NCBI GenBank assembly: GCA_951406725.2
Contig: OX597831.1
Coordinates: 49,414,001 to 49,478,000 of the forward strand
Direction of reading: 5' to 3'
Source of the DNA: Octopus vulgaris
Lineage: Eukaryota
Length of the DNA: 64,000 nt
The translations under genes and the position numbers were made by a program. The first letter of the stretch is position 1. Every line of letters begins with the position of its first letter. The notes below the pieces were generated by a model. The model did no database searches. It saw nothing but the letters and a program-made list of their open reading frames with translations, and had not been told where the DNA came from. Shown here in pieces: positions 1 to 13,771 of this stretch.

Positions 1-15
1 ATATATATATATATA

Positions 16-67
<52 letters not shown>

Positions 68-233
68 ATAAATAATGAGCTTTACACATTTCTTTATTTG
101 TGCATCTTTGACTTACAGCTGTTACTTATATGCATTAAAGGTGCATTTATGGTTCCGTTTACTCAATCGGTCTAATGATCGATTGAAAAATATTGAACGA
201 TTTTGATAAATGCTATCATCATCGGAATATATA

Positions 234-1114
234 CAGGGTGTCCCAAAAGTTCCTGATGGGTTCAATTTTTATTAACTTCCTTAACTTTACAAATAAATGC
301 ATGAAATCTTGATACAATATACATGGCATAATGGACATTAATATGCGTAATTCATATTCTGCAACACTACTACATTACAAATGAAAAGAGACATCGCTTA
401 AAGGGCAGCCATTTTCGGCTTCGCACAGCTGTGCACTTTCCAAAACTTGCACCATAACACCCTCAAGAATTTCAGACCCCACTTCTTTGATTTCCCTATT
501 GATGTTCTTCAGTTGCATCAGGCTGTCCGGTTTGTTGACTTAAACCTTCTATTTCAGGTTTCTCCACAAAAAAAAAAACTTGTCAAGTATGGGGAACGTG
601 AAGGCCATTCAAATTAAACCTCACACATGGTTCCAGCAAGATGGGGCAACTGCTCATACCGCAAGAGAAACAATGCAGTTGTTATGGTAGTGCTTTGGAG
701 TGAAAGTAATCTCCCAATGCAGCAAGGAAAACTGGCCTTCACGTTCCCCAGACTTGACAAGCCCGGATTTTTTGTTGTGGGGATAAATGAAAGATAGGAT
801 TTATGTCACCAAACCAGAGACCCTGGTGCAACTGAAGGAGAACATCAATGGAGAAATCAGAGAAGTGGGGTCTGAAACTCTTGAGGGTATTATGGTGCAA
901 GTTTTGGAAAGAGCGCGAGCGTACGAAGCCGAAAATGTCTGCCCTTTAAGTGATGTCATATTTCATATGAGATGTAGTGGTGTTGCAAAATTTGACTTGT
1001 GCATATTAATGGCTATTGTGTCCTTTGCATTGTATCAAAATTTCATACATTTATTTGTAAAGTTAAAGAAGTTATTAAAACCTGACACCCATCAGGAACT
1101 TTTGGGACACCCTG
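234..1114. mobile_element. Palindromic (fold-back) non-autonomous Tc1/mariner DD41D (rosa-type) derivative
   Basis: Ends CAGGGTGTCCCAAAAGTTCCTGATGGG / CCCATCAGGAACTTTTGGGACACCCTG, flanked by TA at 232-233 and 1115-1116. Arm 234-608 is a diverged reverse complement of arm 733-1114. Confidence 0.9.
628..970 (+). pseudogene. C-terminal DDD transposase fragment (DD41D spacing), two in-frame stops
   Basis: Translates WFQQDGATAHTARETMQLLW*CFGVKVISQCSKENWPSRSPDLTSPDFLLWG*MKDRIYVTKP. There are 41 residues between the QQD and the final PD aspartates. Confidence 0.85.
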
Positions 1115-1690
1115 TACATAAATGCGCGCACACATACATACATACATATGTGTATGAATGTTTGCATGTGCGTGTTATATTTGTTCTCTACCACCACTTG
1201 ATCACATCACTATGGGGTTGGTTTGTTTACGTCCTCGTAACCTATTCGACATAAATACCTATGGAATAAGCACCAGACTTAATAAAAGGTATAAGAAAAT
1301 TATCCCGTTTAAAAGTTGCATCTGTGCACTGCTTTGTTTTACTCCACCAATTTTCTTTTACAATATCTCATATTTTATGACCTTAACCACTTTCAATTCG
1401 TTCAAGAATTGAATTAGCTACAAGGCATAGACAGACACACAAAAAGTAATTGTTCGCTTCAGAATATTATTCACACAGTGTACTGTTTTAAAGAAAATTA
1501 TACTTTGTCAGAGTTATGTACTTCATAATGTTGCTTCTTTTATATTTCTATACAGTCTAAAACAAATATTTTTTTAAATAAAAGTTATAGTAACTAGTCT
1601 CAAAGTGTGAATCTGCATAGATTATTCATTCATTTTACTAGAATAAGCACATTATTCTAAAAGTAATTCCTAAGCTTTATAAATATTTAT

Positions 1691-1694
<4 letters not shown>

Positions 1695-1777
<83 letters not shown>

Positions 1778-1948
1778 GTATATATATACACACATACATA
1801 TATAAACATATATATATATATACGTACATATATATGTATATATACATACGTACATGTACATGTATATATATATATATATATATGTACATAGCTATATGTA
1901 TATATATATATGTAGGTATAAATATATATATGTATATATGTATAAATA

Positions 1949-2007
<59 letters not shown>

Positions 2008-2068
2008 TGTATGTATATATGTACATATATACGCTTATACATAAATATATCCACATGTATCTATCACC

Positions 2069-2120
<52 letters not shown>

Positions 2121-2324
2121 TGTGTGTGTAAGCACAGATACACATACACACATAATTCTATAATTTTCACATGTAAAACTTTTTTAAAATGCTCTTTAAT
2201 AGTTTCCTTTATTTTGTGTCTGTATGTAGAAATTTTAGAGATCTGTGTTTCTTCATCATCTAAAGAATAAATAACAAAAGAAGAGCGCAACACACACATA
2301 TTCATAAATATATACATACATACA

Positions 2325-2413
<89 letters not shown>

Positions 2414-2456
2414 TAATCACTAGAGTGACCACATGTGGACTCTCTCTCATTACTTG

Positions 2457-2497
<41 letters not shown>

Positions 2498-2524
2498 GGT
2501 GTGTGTGTGTGTGTGTGTGTGTGT
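1695..2524. repeat. Compound microsatellite field (CT)n/(TA)n/(TG)n with short unique islands
   Basis: Directly visible tandem dinucleotide runs. Confidence 0.95.
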
Positions 2525-2630
2525 ATAGTTAATCCAAACATGAAAACACACAGAGAAAACACAACAATGCGAGGAGGTGAAACAAGTATAGTGTTATTGG
2601 ACACTCAGGAAAAGAAAGAATGAAGGAGAA

Positions 2631-2663
2631 TTTAACGTTTCGAGCAGAGCTTTTCATCAGAAA
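2631..2663 (-). ncRNA. Minimal type-I hammerhead ribozyme motif (slightly degenerate) in a short insert (~2525-2740)
   Basis: Minus strand reads UUU-CUGAUGA-AAAGC-UCU-GCUC-GAAA-CGUU-AAA. Both core boxes are present, stem III is palindromic (AACGUU) and stem I is UUU/AAA. The base of stem II is an A-C mismatch. Confidence 0.6.
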
Positions 2664-3019
2664 GATAAGAAAAGGAAAGACCCAAGGAAGCGAAGACGGA
2701 GGAACAAAATCGCCAACGATACACCCACGGTCTGACTACCCATGTATATGTGTGTGTAAGTGTATAATTTTAAGTTGAATAAATTCTTATGCACTGAGAA
2801 TAATATAAGCACAAGATTCAATAACTCGTTTCCATAACATGTCACTAAATTCCAAAATATTTTCAGCTTGTTACAATAGCAAAAACTGCTATGATATTGC
2901 ATAATCTTCAAAACAGGCAAAACCCAATGTTCAGAGCAGATTATCTAGAAGAATAGAAAACATAGATATTTCAAATACTTCATTTGTTATGTTCCACAAC
3001 TATTTCAGCAATCCATACG

Positions 3020-3300
3020 AAAACAATTGAGAAATATATCAACCACTCTGCCTGCAACACCAAGACCGAACTGTTGGGCAAGATGAAGGAGATGTTCGGA
3101 GATTTTCCTCAGTGAGGGATCCGTGCACCAGTTTTCGGAGCCGTCTCGAGGTCCTGGTGGAATCTGGAGGCTGCTATTGTCATCTCTCAGCCATAATCTA
3201 ATTCATATTTATTGATTTTTCAAAATGCTTTTATTTTTCGATAGGATATTGTACTTTCTTTTCCTTTCTTGCAAACTATCAAATTTAGCCCGAAAATCCT
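3020..3300 (+). mobile_element. 3' fragment of a DD37D (maT-like) transposon
   Basis: TIEKYINHSACNTKTELLGKMKEMF...CTSFRSRLEVLVESGG resembles the C-terminal part of the element at 34461-35250. Confidence 0.6.
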
Positions 3301-3365
3301 ATTTATATATGTCAGTATGTTTTCTTACTCATAATCATAATCATAAAAGCTGTTTTCATGAATAA

Positions 3366-3767
3366 AAATATATTTTTATATTCTAATTACGTTAGTACGT
3401 ACTTTCAGATCTTTTAAAGACGTGATTTAATGTCAAAATGTATTAATTGAGAATAAATATTTGCGTTTCAAATTTAAAAAAGAGTAGTTGTAATAAATTT
3501 CTCCGTTTCCTTTTTGTTTAAGTGAAAATAATTTTCATAGATCCTGTTGTGTTTTAAAGTGTGAAAACATTAAATCACGTCTTTAAAAGATCTAAAAGTA
3601 CGTACTAACGTAATTAGAATATAAAAATATATTTAATGTATTAATTGAGAATAAATATTTGCGTTTCAAATTTAAAAAAGAGTAGTTGTAATAAATTTCT
3701 CCGTTTCCTTTTTGTTTAAGTGAAAGTAATTTTCATAGAACCTGTTGTGTTTTAAAGTGTGAAAACA
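3366..3767. repeat. Local A-B-invA-B rearrangement
   Basis: A=3366-3433, B=3437-3569, inverted A=3567-3634, B copy=3635-3767; copies are nearly identical. Confidence 0.9.
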
Positions 3768-4629
3768 CTTGTGAAAACTACGGTTGTGGTAAATTGGTAA
3801 ATAACTTATGTTCAAACGTGATTGTTGTCCCGTTTTGAAGTACAAAAATAAATTTGCACCGTACGAGTAATACCAGATTGATTATGGTGGACAGTATGAA
3901 CGTGCACATCTGTTTACATTATCACGTGGATAAAAAAGAGTCGTTTTTATACAGCCGAAGTCCTTTTGTGAATATCACGTATACATCAATTTTGAAATAA
4001 AGACTAACAAGGCAAGAAATTTATTCTATCTGACATGTATCTCGTAATCAGAGAAGGGATACACAAGTTGAATTGTAACCCATCGGTTGAAGAAGACAAC
4101 TCGATAAAAAAAGGAAAAAAATGTTGTAGATAGAGTATCATCAAATTTGTCTCATGATATCGCATCAACCTCTTCGGGATTTATACTCTGAATTAGGTTT
4201 CATTATGAGGCATCATTTTCAACGCTTATTGCTCAAGAGCAAATAAAGAAACCTATTGCAGGTCGTAGTCCTACGTTTTGCAACGACACAGTAATGGAAT
4301 TGCAGTTAAAAGCAGTTTCAAGTGTCTCATTAAAATTTTGTCATAATACCTTACTTTTTTGAATTTAAATCATTTTTTAATAATTTAATATTTTACTAAT
4401 TTTATATTTCAGTTGTAGGATTTTTGATTTTTATGATACCAATCAATTTTATATATTCTTATATTTGTTTTTATGAAAAAAATCCCATGTATATGAGCGT
4501 TGCACTAAGATATTTTCTTGATAATTTTATGACGATTTGGTTATAATATGATTTTAAAAGGATATTCAAATGAAGATGTGAGATGTACGGGGGTGCATGA
4601 GGCAGAAGTAATGGGCAACACTCACCTCC

Positions 4630-5140
<511 letters not shown>

Positions 5141-6212
5141 ATATCAAACTGATATTGTGGGCGTATAGAAAAGAAGCGTGTGAAGGACAAGGAATGGAAC
5201 ACTTTTGGTGGATCTAAACTCCTTAATATTCTTAAATATTGTTCCGATTTTTCGGAATATTGCTGGAATCATCTATCTGAAAGCACAAAGTTAAAACGTA
5301 ACGTTACAGATCTTTCTTTTAGTCCATGAGTGTCTTGAAATATGATTAATAACTTACGGCATAGGCAAGCCTTACAGCATATATTTGAACGAAAGTTCTT
5401 ATGTCCGTATAAAGAAGCATTTAAAAGCATTGATGATTTCATTTTAAAACGAATCAGACTTTTTTGAAGAAGCGAATATGATAAGAAAGTCTTGTAAAAA
5501 ATCATTTCTTCGCTTTTGGAATGAATGAATACATTGATAAAATGAACATTAAAGCAGTTGCAAGCTAATCCGTTATAAGGTAAATGTATAGTGTTATGAT
5601 CTTAATACAATATATTAAGGCCTTCAGAAGAGAACTGCTGTTAAGGGATCAATTATTTGACGATGAATATAGCGATATAGGCTTGTCAAAAGAAATATTT
5701 ATCAAAATAAAAGTTTCGTTGTTGAAAGGAGTCTCTTTAGAGTGTTAACGACAGAGAAATATATTATAGTCATTATTGTTGTTAATGTTAAAGTGTCAGG
5801 GCCATGTAAGTTACGATGAATGGAAAGACATATTCTCGAAGTATGCTCAAGAGGAGTCTCTCCTCCCCAAACCACCCCCAAAAAGACATTTTTAGAATGA
5901 AAGGTTGTTCGTCCATTTTGGAGATAAATGTTAAGGAAGATGATACGTTGAGGATTCGAATCTGTAAATGGAAAATGCGTGCAGAGTGAGCTGTGGTGGT
6001 TGTTATTAAATAACTCATTTCACTTTTGCTCGAGTAAGTCATCCATCAAAATACTACCTGAATGCCATTAGTCTCATATTTTGTTGTGGAGGCGGAGTTC
6101 TCGAAAACTTTTAAACACACATATATCAATATGTATGTAAATACATGCATGCATAATACATACATACATACATAAATACATACATACACACATATGTATA
6201 TATATATATGTA

Positions 6213-6616
6213 TACTCTTTTACTTGTTTCAGTCATTTGGCTGTGGCCATGCTGGAGCACCGCCTTTAGTCGAGCAAATCGACCCCAGGACTTATACTTT
6301 GGAAGCCTAGTACTTATTCTATCGGTCTCTTTTGCCGAACCGCTAAGTTACGGTGACGCAAACACACCGGCATCGGTTGTCAAGCGATGTTGGGGGGACA
6401 AACACAGATACACAAACATATACACACACATACACACTCATATATATATATATAAACATATATACGACGGGCTTCCTTCAGTTTCAGTCTACCAAATCCA
6501 CTCACAAGACTCTGGTTGGCCAGAAGCTATAGTAGAAGACACTTACCCAAGGTACCACATAATGCGAATGGACCCGGAGCCATGTGGTTGGTAAGCAAGC
6601 TACTTACCACACAGCC
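6213..6616 (-). mobile_element. SINE family B (tRNA-like head, CORE-like box, internal microsatellite)
   Basis: Reverse complement of the full copy at 36460-36915 (GGCTGTGTGGTAAG...CCTTGGGTAAGTGTCTTCTAC...GACTGAAACAAGTAAAAGAG). Confidence 0.85.
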
Positions 6617-6704
6617 TATATATATATAAATATATATTTAAACCATAAAAGTCAGGCAGTATGAAAGATGAATTCATTTATTTAACCACTTAATATCATA
6701 AGAA

Positions 6705-6853
6705 TTACGGCCCGTTTCGCAGCCTACGTCATATTAAACACAGAATTTCAGTGTGTAATAAATTATTTTACATATCTGTACCTCCATACATGTTTCGCAT
6801 TGTAAAGTACAATTGTACATTTACAAATTAATGAAGATAAAGGAGCTCTTCAG
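6705..6853 (-). ncRNA. Two tandem degenerate hammerhead-like motifs in a TA-flanked insert
   Basis: Minus strand: CUGAAGA-GC...long loop...GC-GAAAC-AU-GUA (6787-6853), followed by a second 3' half GC-GAAAC-GGGCC-GUA (6705-6722). Stem I pairing is poor. Confidence 0.4.
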
Positions 6854-7114
6854 TTAACCAGAACATCATGATTACACAAATGCTTCAGCCGGGTTCACGA
6901 CGGGAGCTTTCTGTGGTAGCTACAAGATTCTATGAATCCATATATAACACTACAGATATGTATGTCTGTCTGTCTCTTTGTATGTATGCATCTGTCTATC
7001 TAGCTATCTATATGCATATTTGTGTGCACACGTATGTCTGTATCTACATCTTCATTTATTTACACATAATTAATTATGAATGCGAGCGTATTGCAAGTTG
7101 TTTATATATACGCA

Positions 7115-7202
<88 letters not shown>

Positions 7203-8647
7203 TGTGTCTTCTCTTCCGCTTTGTTACAGGATAATTGTGATTGATGAACGACTGGTGACAATAACTTATTCAAAGTGAAATATATATTATCAACATCATC
7301 TACACTGATGATGAGGGCGACCTTGAGAAGCATAGTGATGCATACACATACGCGTGTGCATACATGTGTTCATATTTGTGACTGAGTATGGGGGCTTCTG
7401 TGTGTCAGTGCGTTTGTGTATACATATATATTACGTATGTATTGTATGAATGCGTGTGATGACTCTTTAACCTTACAAACGTGTCAACATTTAGTGAGGT
7501 TTCGATAGGTTTCCTTGTGGTTAATTGATCGACTATAATGGTGAAGTCATCGACTGTTGAATGGACATTTATAGGACATGAATGAGTCAAAGCCATCGTA
7601 AGTTATTGCTAGCGTGAGTATGTGCATGTGTGAGTATGTGTGTTTGCGTGCTTATGTTAATTACTGTGTATACATGCATGAATGTGGAATGCACAATTCT
7701 GGTAGATTCTTATATCGGCACAAATGAAGCATTGCATTTATTCTTACGCAATGAAATTAATTAAATTGGCCCCGGAATAATGAAAGGCAATAATTAGCCC
7801 GATCTGATTACACTCACTGCAAAATGAGATGTAGTTAGAAAGAGCAGCCAAACAGCGTCTTAACAAAGGAAGGCTACATAAGCTCTCTTGTATTCAAGCA
7901 AATGAGTTTATGCCGTTCCAGAAGAAGGAACAGCATGTGCATATTGCTGGTTTTGATGAACTCTTGCCAAGTACAGGTTAGTGAGAAATGTTTTCTCAGT
8001 TGCTCCACGTACATAAAGAAAAAAACGTCCGCTTTTGTGATAGTCAACTGCTAACTGCAAAGTATGCTGTTATTTTTTTAATCAGGCTGCAAGTTTGTCT
8101 CATTAATTAAACTAGGCAAATATCTTCAATTTAAAGAATTAACGCTAAGTCTCATGATGATATTATCTCTCTGAATCTGTTTGACTTTCAAAAACCAAAC
8201 GATAGCAGTTTCTTTTTCCACAGAGTCGATATATTATTATCAACGACCATAAAAGCCAAGGTAAAAATGACATAATTGTACCCCAATTTTTACATATGGG
8301 GATATAGTTATCCCACAAAGGCTGCAGAATCAGAGTGAGAAAAGGGATGCTGTAGCCAAAACCAAGTAAGGAAAGTAGAAACGAGATTTCGTTATGCAAC
8401 TTTAAGGCATTATAGCGAACAAATATGTCGCTTGGTAGGGGTTTGTGTATGAGCAGTAGATAAGACGGAAAGAGCTTTGGTCATGCGAGGCGGTAAGACT
8501 AACTTTTTCTTCGTTTCCTAGACCTACAAGCCTTCAGCGTTGCAAAACATCGACATTTGTGGTCTTGTACCTAATGTGGCGAAGATTTCCCAATGGATGC
8601 TATTTCGCTTCATTACACGCTTCATTACAGAGAAAGACATGAATGGC

Positions 8648-8722
<75 letters not shown>

Positions 8723-10051
8723 AAGTTTATCATACTTTCGCCTAGTGAAATAAAAAGGTTGGGGGAAAGAAATGATATATTTTTGATTGTGTAAGTTGAT
8801 TCCTATTTGAAGCAATTCCATTTCACTGTGCAATTTGAATGCTTTTCTCTCTTTTTTTTTCTCTTATAATTCAGCAATGTTCCTCTTTTAGATATCAATG
8901 TTATGAATATAGTAAGAACCCATTACTGAAATAAATTAACCGCATTTGATTTTTGTCAATGCGATCTTTCACTCAAAGCTATACCAAATTGTACATCATT
9001 ATTTAAATAAGAAAATAAACCCAACAAAGAAGAGTACAAAACGATTGATACCACGGAAAATTAAATCAACAATTTGTACAGAATCGCGAGGATACAGGAT
9101 AAATGGTAAATTACCCAAACCAATGAAATTGCTTTCTTTTAAATTTCAAATTAAAATAAATCAGATTATTTATTTTTGTTCACCTGTAAATAAGTACTGA
9201 AATGGAGAGAAGCATGGTCTGTCATTAAACGTATAAACGCGTAAAAACAAGATTACATGCCCCTAAACTGCAAATGCTTAACAATTTGTAATCAAAAGAT
9301 AATAGGATATACTTATGATTTGTAATCTGTTAATACTTCTCAGTGATTTTTGTCAAATGGCTTGGAGCTCCTCTCATTAAACTCGCTTAATATTGATTGT
9401 TTTCTCAAGCATAAGGTTCATTTTTATAAGAAGGAACAAATATTACCCCAGGAATCAATTACAATGCATTATTATATTTATCTAGCCTACCATTAGCTTT
9501 TGATAATACTTTTGTCATTAAAATTACAATGAACGAAAAGAGTTTTGGATGTATTTAATTAGCAATATTTAGACAGACCCTTCCTTCTTCAGTGCAAATG
9601 CCATGCAACCCAACTTCCTTTATAGTTCATCCCTACTCTAGCCACGGATCGATAAAATAGATGACAAATATGTCATGTTAAATTCAATAATCATCATCCT
9701 CGTTCGCACGAAATTTTTGGCATGTAAAAAAATTATAATCACTTTTATACACACAAACTGAAGTGGTAATCATGACCGATGATAAAACATAGTGGAAAAG
9801 CAGCTAGTTCATCTTTTCGCACTCTTTCCATCACAGTGAATTTTATCCTCCCTACTGAACAGTTCAAAGTATATTGTAGAAAGAAAAAAAATATCGTAGT
9901 GTGCGACATCATTGAATAAGTTAAGCTCGTGAGGGACAGTTCTGACAAAAATTAGTCAATAGGAGAGTTTATAGATAAGTTCAATGAATTCAATCACCTT
10001 GAAGAGAGAATAATCTTAACATAAACCCTGTTTCCTTTAGTCTGAACGAAC

Positions 10052-10082
<31 letters not shown>

Positions 10083-10210
10083 AGTGAGGGAGTGAAAGAA
10101 TTAGAGAATTGTCACTTTGAATGCAAAGTTCAGAATAGTAATAGAATTGAAAGCGTGTTGCGGGGGTAGTGTAGCGAGTGGAGAGGGAGAGAGAGAGAGA
10201 GAGAGAGAGT

Positions 10211-10245
<35 letters not shown>

Positions 10246-10914
10246 GGTGAGAGATGTCTGACAGGTTGTGAAAGGATGTCAAAAATGTGGGTTACAAGGT
10301 AAACGAACTTCAGCAAAAGGAACTAGAGAGAGAAAACAGAAGCCAATAATTCATATCGGAGAGTAAGACGAGGTGGTGCTAAATCAATAACAGACGAAAT
10401 AGAAAGCAAGAATAATATTAAAAAAACCACGCCCCTCCCCCTAAAAATAACAAAAACAACCAAACAAAAGAACACGCGCTTCCACCCAAAATCTCTTTAA
10501 AGTTATTTAATTGAAAAGAGACATTTATATAACATTTTTGGTTTAAGAGATGTATCAGCGAACGTGACGAGAAAACGTGAAGGAGGGATGGTACGAATGG
10601 AGAGTAAGGTGAAGGAAGAAAACAAGAAGTTAAGAACGGATGGTTGAGAGATAGAAAGCTTTAAGCAAGGTCAAGACAGAGGACAGGAAAGAAAGCAGAT
10701 TAGAAGAAAAGAGATCAAGATCAACGTGTGTGTCTGTGTGCTGGTATGTAATGCTTCGGTCGATCATTGCTTTGTTGATCAAGTTTATGGCGGCCATAAT
10801 TTAATAACATGTATTGCAGCCATTCTTTTGTCAAGACGAAATATGCTTGTATTTCCCTTGTGAGACATGTAACTTCTATGGCAAGCACCGCGTTAGTAAC
10901 AACAATTATAACAA

Positions 10915-11280
10915 CAATAGGCACAAGGCCTGAATGTTTTGGGGAGGGGGATAGTCTATCACACTCAACCCCACTACGCAGCTGGTAGTTAATTTATCAA
11001 CCCCGAAAGAACGAATATCAAAGTCGACCTCGGCGGAATTTGAACTCAGAACTTAAAGGACACACGAAATACCTATTTCTTTACTACCCACATGGGGATA
11101 AACACAGAGAATACAAACAAGGACAGGCAAACGGATTAAGTCGATTATATCGATCCCAGTGCGTAACTGGTACTTATTTAATCGACCCCAAAAGGATGAA
11201 AGGCAAAGTCGACCTCGGCGGAATTTGAACTCTGAACGTAGCGGCAGACGAAGTACTGCCGGCGTGCTAACGATTCTGCC

Positions 11281-11374
<94 letters not shown>

Positions 11375-11527
11375 TCCTTTCTACTAAAAGCAAAAGGCCT
11401 GAAATTTTTGGGGAAGGGGAAATAGTCGATTACATCGACCCTAGTGTTTCACTGGTACTTAATTTATCGACTCTAAAAGGATGAAAGGCAAAGTCAACCT
11501 CGGCGGAATTTGAACTCAAAACGTAGC
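10915..11527 (-). mobile_element. Three tandem copies of SINE family A separated by (AAT)n
   Basis: The block GAAAGGATGAAAGGCAAAGTCGACCTCGGCGGAATTTGAACTC recurs at about 11005, 11190 and 11478. Confidence 0.85.
11281..11372. repeat. (AAT)n microsatellite
   Basis: Visible. Confidence 0.97.
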
Positions 11528-11528
11528 C

Positions 11529-11529
11529 A

Positions 11530-11606
<77 letters not shown>

Positions 11607-11660
11607 ATAATAATAATAATAATAATAATAGTAATGATGATGAGGATGATAATGATGAAA
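11529..11660. repeat. (ACT)n-(AAT)n-(GAT)n compound trinucleotide repeat
   Basis: Visible. Confidence 0.95.
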
Positions 11661-11770
11661 ATGAATTAATAAAATCAGTTGCTTTGCTATAAACGTTGGA
11701 ATTGGTCATTATTTTCCGAAGTAATTTGTCTGTTCCCTGTTCTTGACTGATCCGATAGAAAAAATTTGCA

Positions 11771-12010
11771 TCTGCCGCAAACATCGGTGTAGCTGTCCGT
11801 GACGCGAAGGAGAAAAAAATCAATAAGTACAGGGGCCTGGTCGGCTGCTATCAGGTTGTGCCAGTCGCCGTCTTGGCGTCAGCTGTTCTACGACCTGGTA
11901 CTACCGATTTCCTCCGCAAAGTAGAGATAGCGGCGGTCCGTCGGAGAAATGCGCTCCGCGACGTGTAGTGGATACTGCAGCAAGTGCCGCTGGACATTCT
12001 TTGCCGCAGG
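11771..12010 (+). pseudogene. C-terminal restriction-like endonuclease region of a CRE-like non-LTR retrotransposon
   Basis: GC-rich island translating SAANIGVAVRDAKEKKINKYRGLVGCYQVVPVAVLASAVLRPGTTDFLRKVEIAAVRRRNALRDV*WILQQVPLDILCR. This matches the pattern A..AE..K..KY..L...Y.F.PVAVET.G..GP....FL......W..Q..SL.I.R. Confidence 0.65.
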
Positions 12011-12669
12011 CCCGCGCGGCCGTTACCTTGTGGTGCTGCTGAGCACCTCACTTGCTTTGAGATATGTGGTCCATGACCCCCACCTGCGTCTTCCGTCTTT
12101 GCCCTCTTTTTTTATCTCCTTTTCTTTTTCTTTTTTCATCCTTTTAAGGTGTTTATCTCTTATTATAAAAGGCAGATTTTATCTGCCTCCCTTTGTCACT
12201 TATAGAAATCTACAATATAGGATTTCTTCAATTACAATTTACCTAGCATTTTTAAGAGTAGAATGCATCGGGTCATGCCAGGTCCAGTTTTTAAAATTTA
12301 AACTCCAATTAAGCAAAATTTACAGAAAACTCACATTCTGGTGTGTATGTCAAATGCTTTTCTTAGTCTGGTTTACAGCACACGCAAACGCACACACACA
12401 GTGTGCAGCGAATAAAGTGAAACTAATTGACTGTGTGTGTTGACAGGTAGACAATAGAATGCGATGGCGATGTAATATTTGTTTCTGTCTATCATGCTGA
12501 TAGATACATGAGTAAAATGTATGGCAAGCTAAGAGATAAGAGTGAGTGAAAATGTTCTTGGAAGAGAGTAAATAGCGACAGAGTGATTTGAGGAAGACTA
12601 AACTGAAAGTATGAAACAGTGTTTATGTATAAACAGACGACACTTATATATAGTTATGTATGCATCCGT

Positions 12670-12990
12670 TTAACCCTTTCGTTACCAAACCGCTCGAATT
12701 TACCTATTCATATTTAAATGAGAATATCAGAGTAAATCTCTTTAGTACATTCGTGAAAACATGTATTATACTTCGTAAACACTTCAAATACAGTTTTGTA
12801 CAAAAATCGAAGTGTAATTTTAATTCCGTGAATTATGGGAGATTTTTTTCCGAAATTTGTTCCTATTGTGTTTTCAAAATTTGTAATTCTGACAAAAAAT
12901 GGATACGAATTTCATTATATCAAGCAGCGAGTCAGAATTCGAAGGATTTTCTACTGAAGACCTTCATAAATCTAACTCTATGACTGAAAA
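12670..12990 (+). mobile_element. One end of a piggyBac-like MITE, interrupted by a Helitron
   Basis: TTAA followed by CCCTTTCGTTACC; no matching right end found. Confidence 0.4.
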
Positions 12991-12998
12991 AAAAAGCA

Positions 12999-13392
12999 TC
13001 TTTATATAAGAGTGAAGTTGTGTGTCTGTCTCCTACGATTTAGATTCGTAACTACTCCCACATTTTGCGGTGCAGTTTAACCAAAAGCGGGTATCTTATA
13101 GTCGTGATTCATATCGAGCCCTTCTGGGTATTAGCGCGCGTCTACGATGAGTCTACGATTTAAAAAAAATTACCATCATATTTTTCCATTTTAATGCATT
13201 TTTTTCGCTTTTATATAAGGGAAGTAACTCTCTAAAAATATCTACGATGTGTCAACGATTTAAAAAAAAATTTACCTTAATTTTTTTTCAATTTTTAATG
13301 CTTTTTTTTGCTATTTTTTGGCTATAACTCTCTAAAAATGCTTATATAGTTATTTCCCTTACAACCCGAGCAACGCCGGGCGATACTGCTAG
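12999..13392 (+). mobile_element. Non-autonomous Helitron
   Basis: 5' TC, subterminal hairpin CCCGAGCAACGCCGGG, 3' CTAG, inserted between A and T. Internal ~100-bp duplication starting TCTACGATG. Confidence 0.85.
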
Positions 13393-13687
13393 TTAGCAAA
13401 TAAATTCCATTCTGTCTTTAATGATGTGTAAGCGTACACCATATCAATATCAATAAATGGATTGTCACCTAATAAACGCAGTCAGCTAATAGCAATGAAT
13501 GAAAGCAACAGTTGGCTTCTGAACATGCACTCTAGAAAAGACACACACACACAAAGACACACGCACACAGACACACACACACACACACACGTACATACAC
13601 ACACACGCACACACACACACAATAAATATATGTATACACACATTCCTACATGTAGGTCAACGTATATATACAAAAGTACACACACAC

Positions 13688-13720
<33 letters not shown>

Positions 13721-13734
13721 TGTATGTATGTATG

Positions 13735-13771
<37 letters not shown>

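Noticed and set aside
787-1254. 155-aa ORF as a host gene
   Set aside because: The first ~60 aa are a transposase tail; the rest reads through the TIR and a microsatellite.
3780-4340. Possible piggyBac transposase remnant
   Set aside because: Only a vague LVNNLCSN resemblance; no supportable motif or termini.
7600-10000. Repeat-poor unique stretches (also about 21500-21900, 26450-27000, 63480-63900) as exons or enhancers
   Set aside because: No recognisable ORF, splice pair or RNA family; conservation data would be needed.
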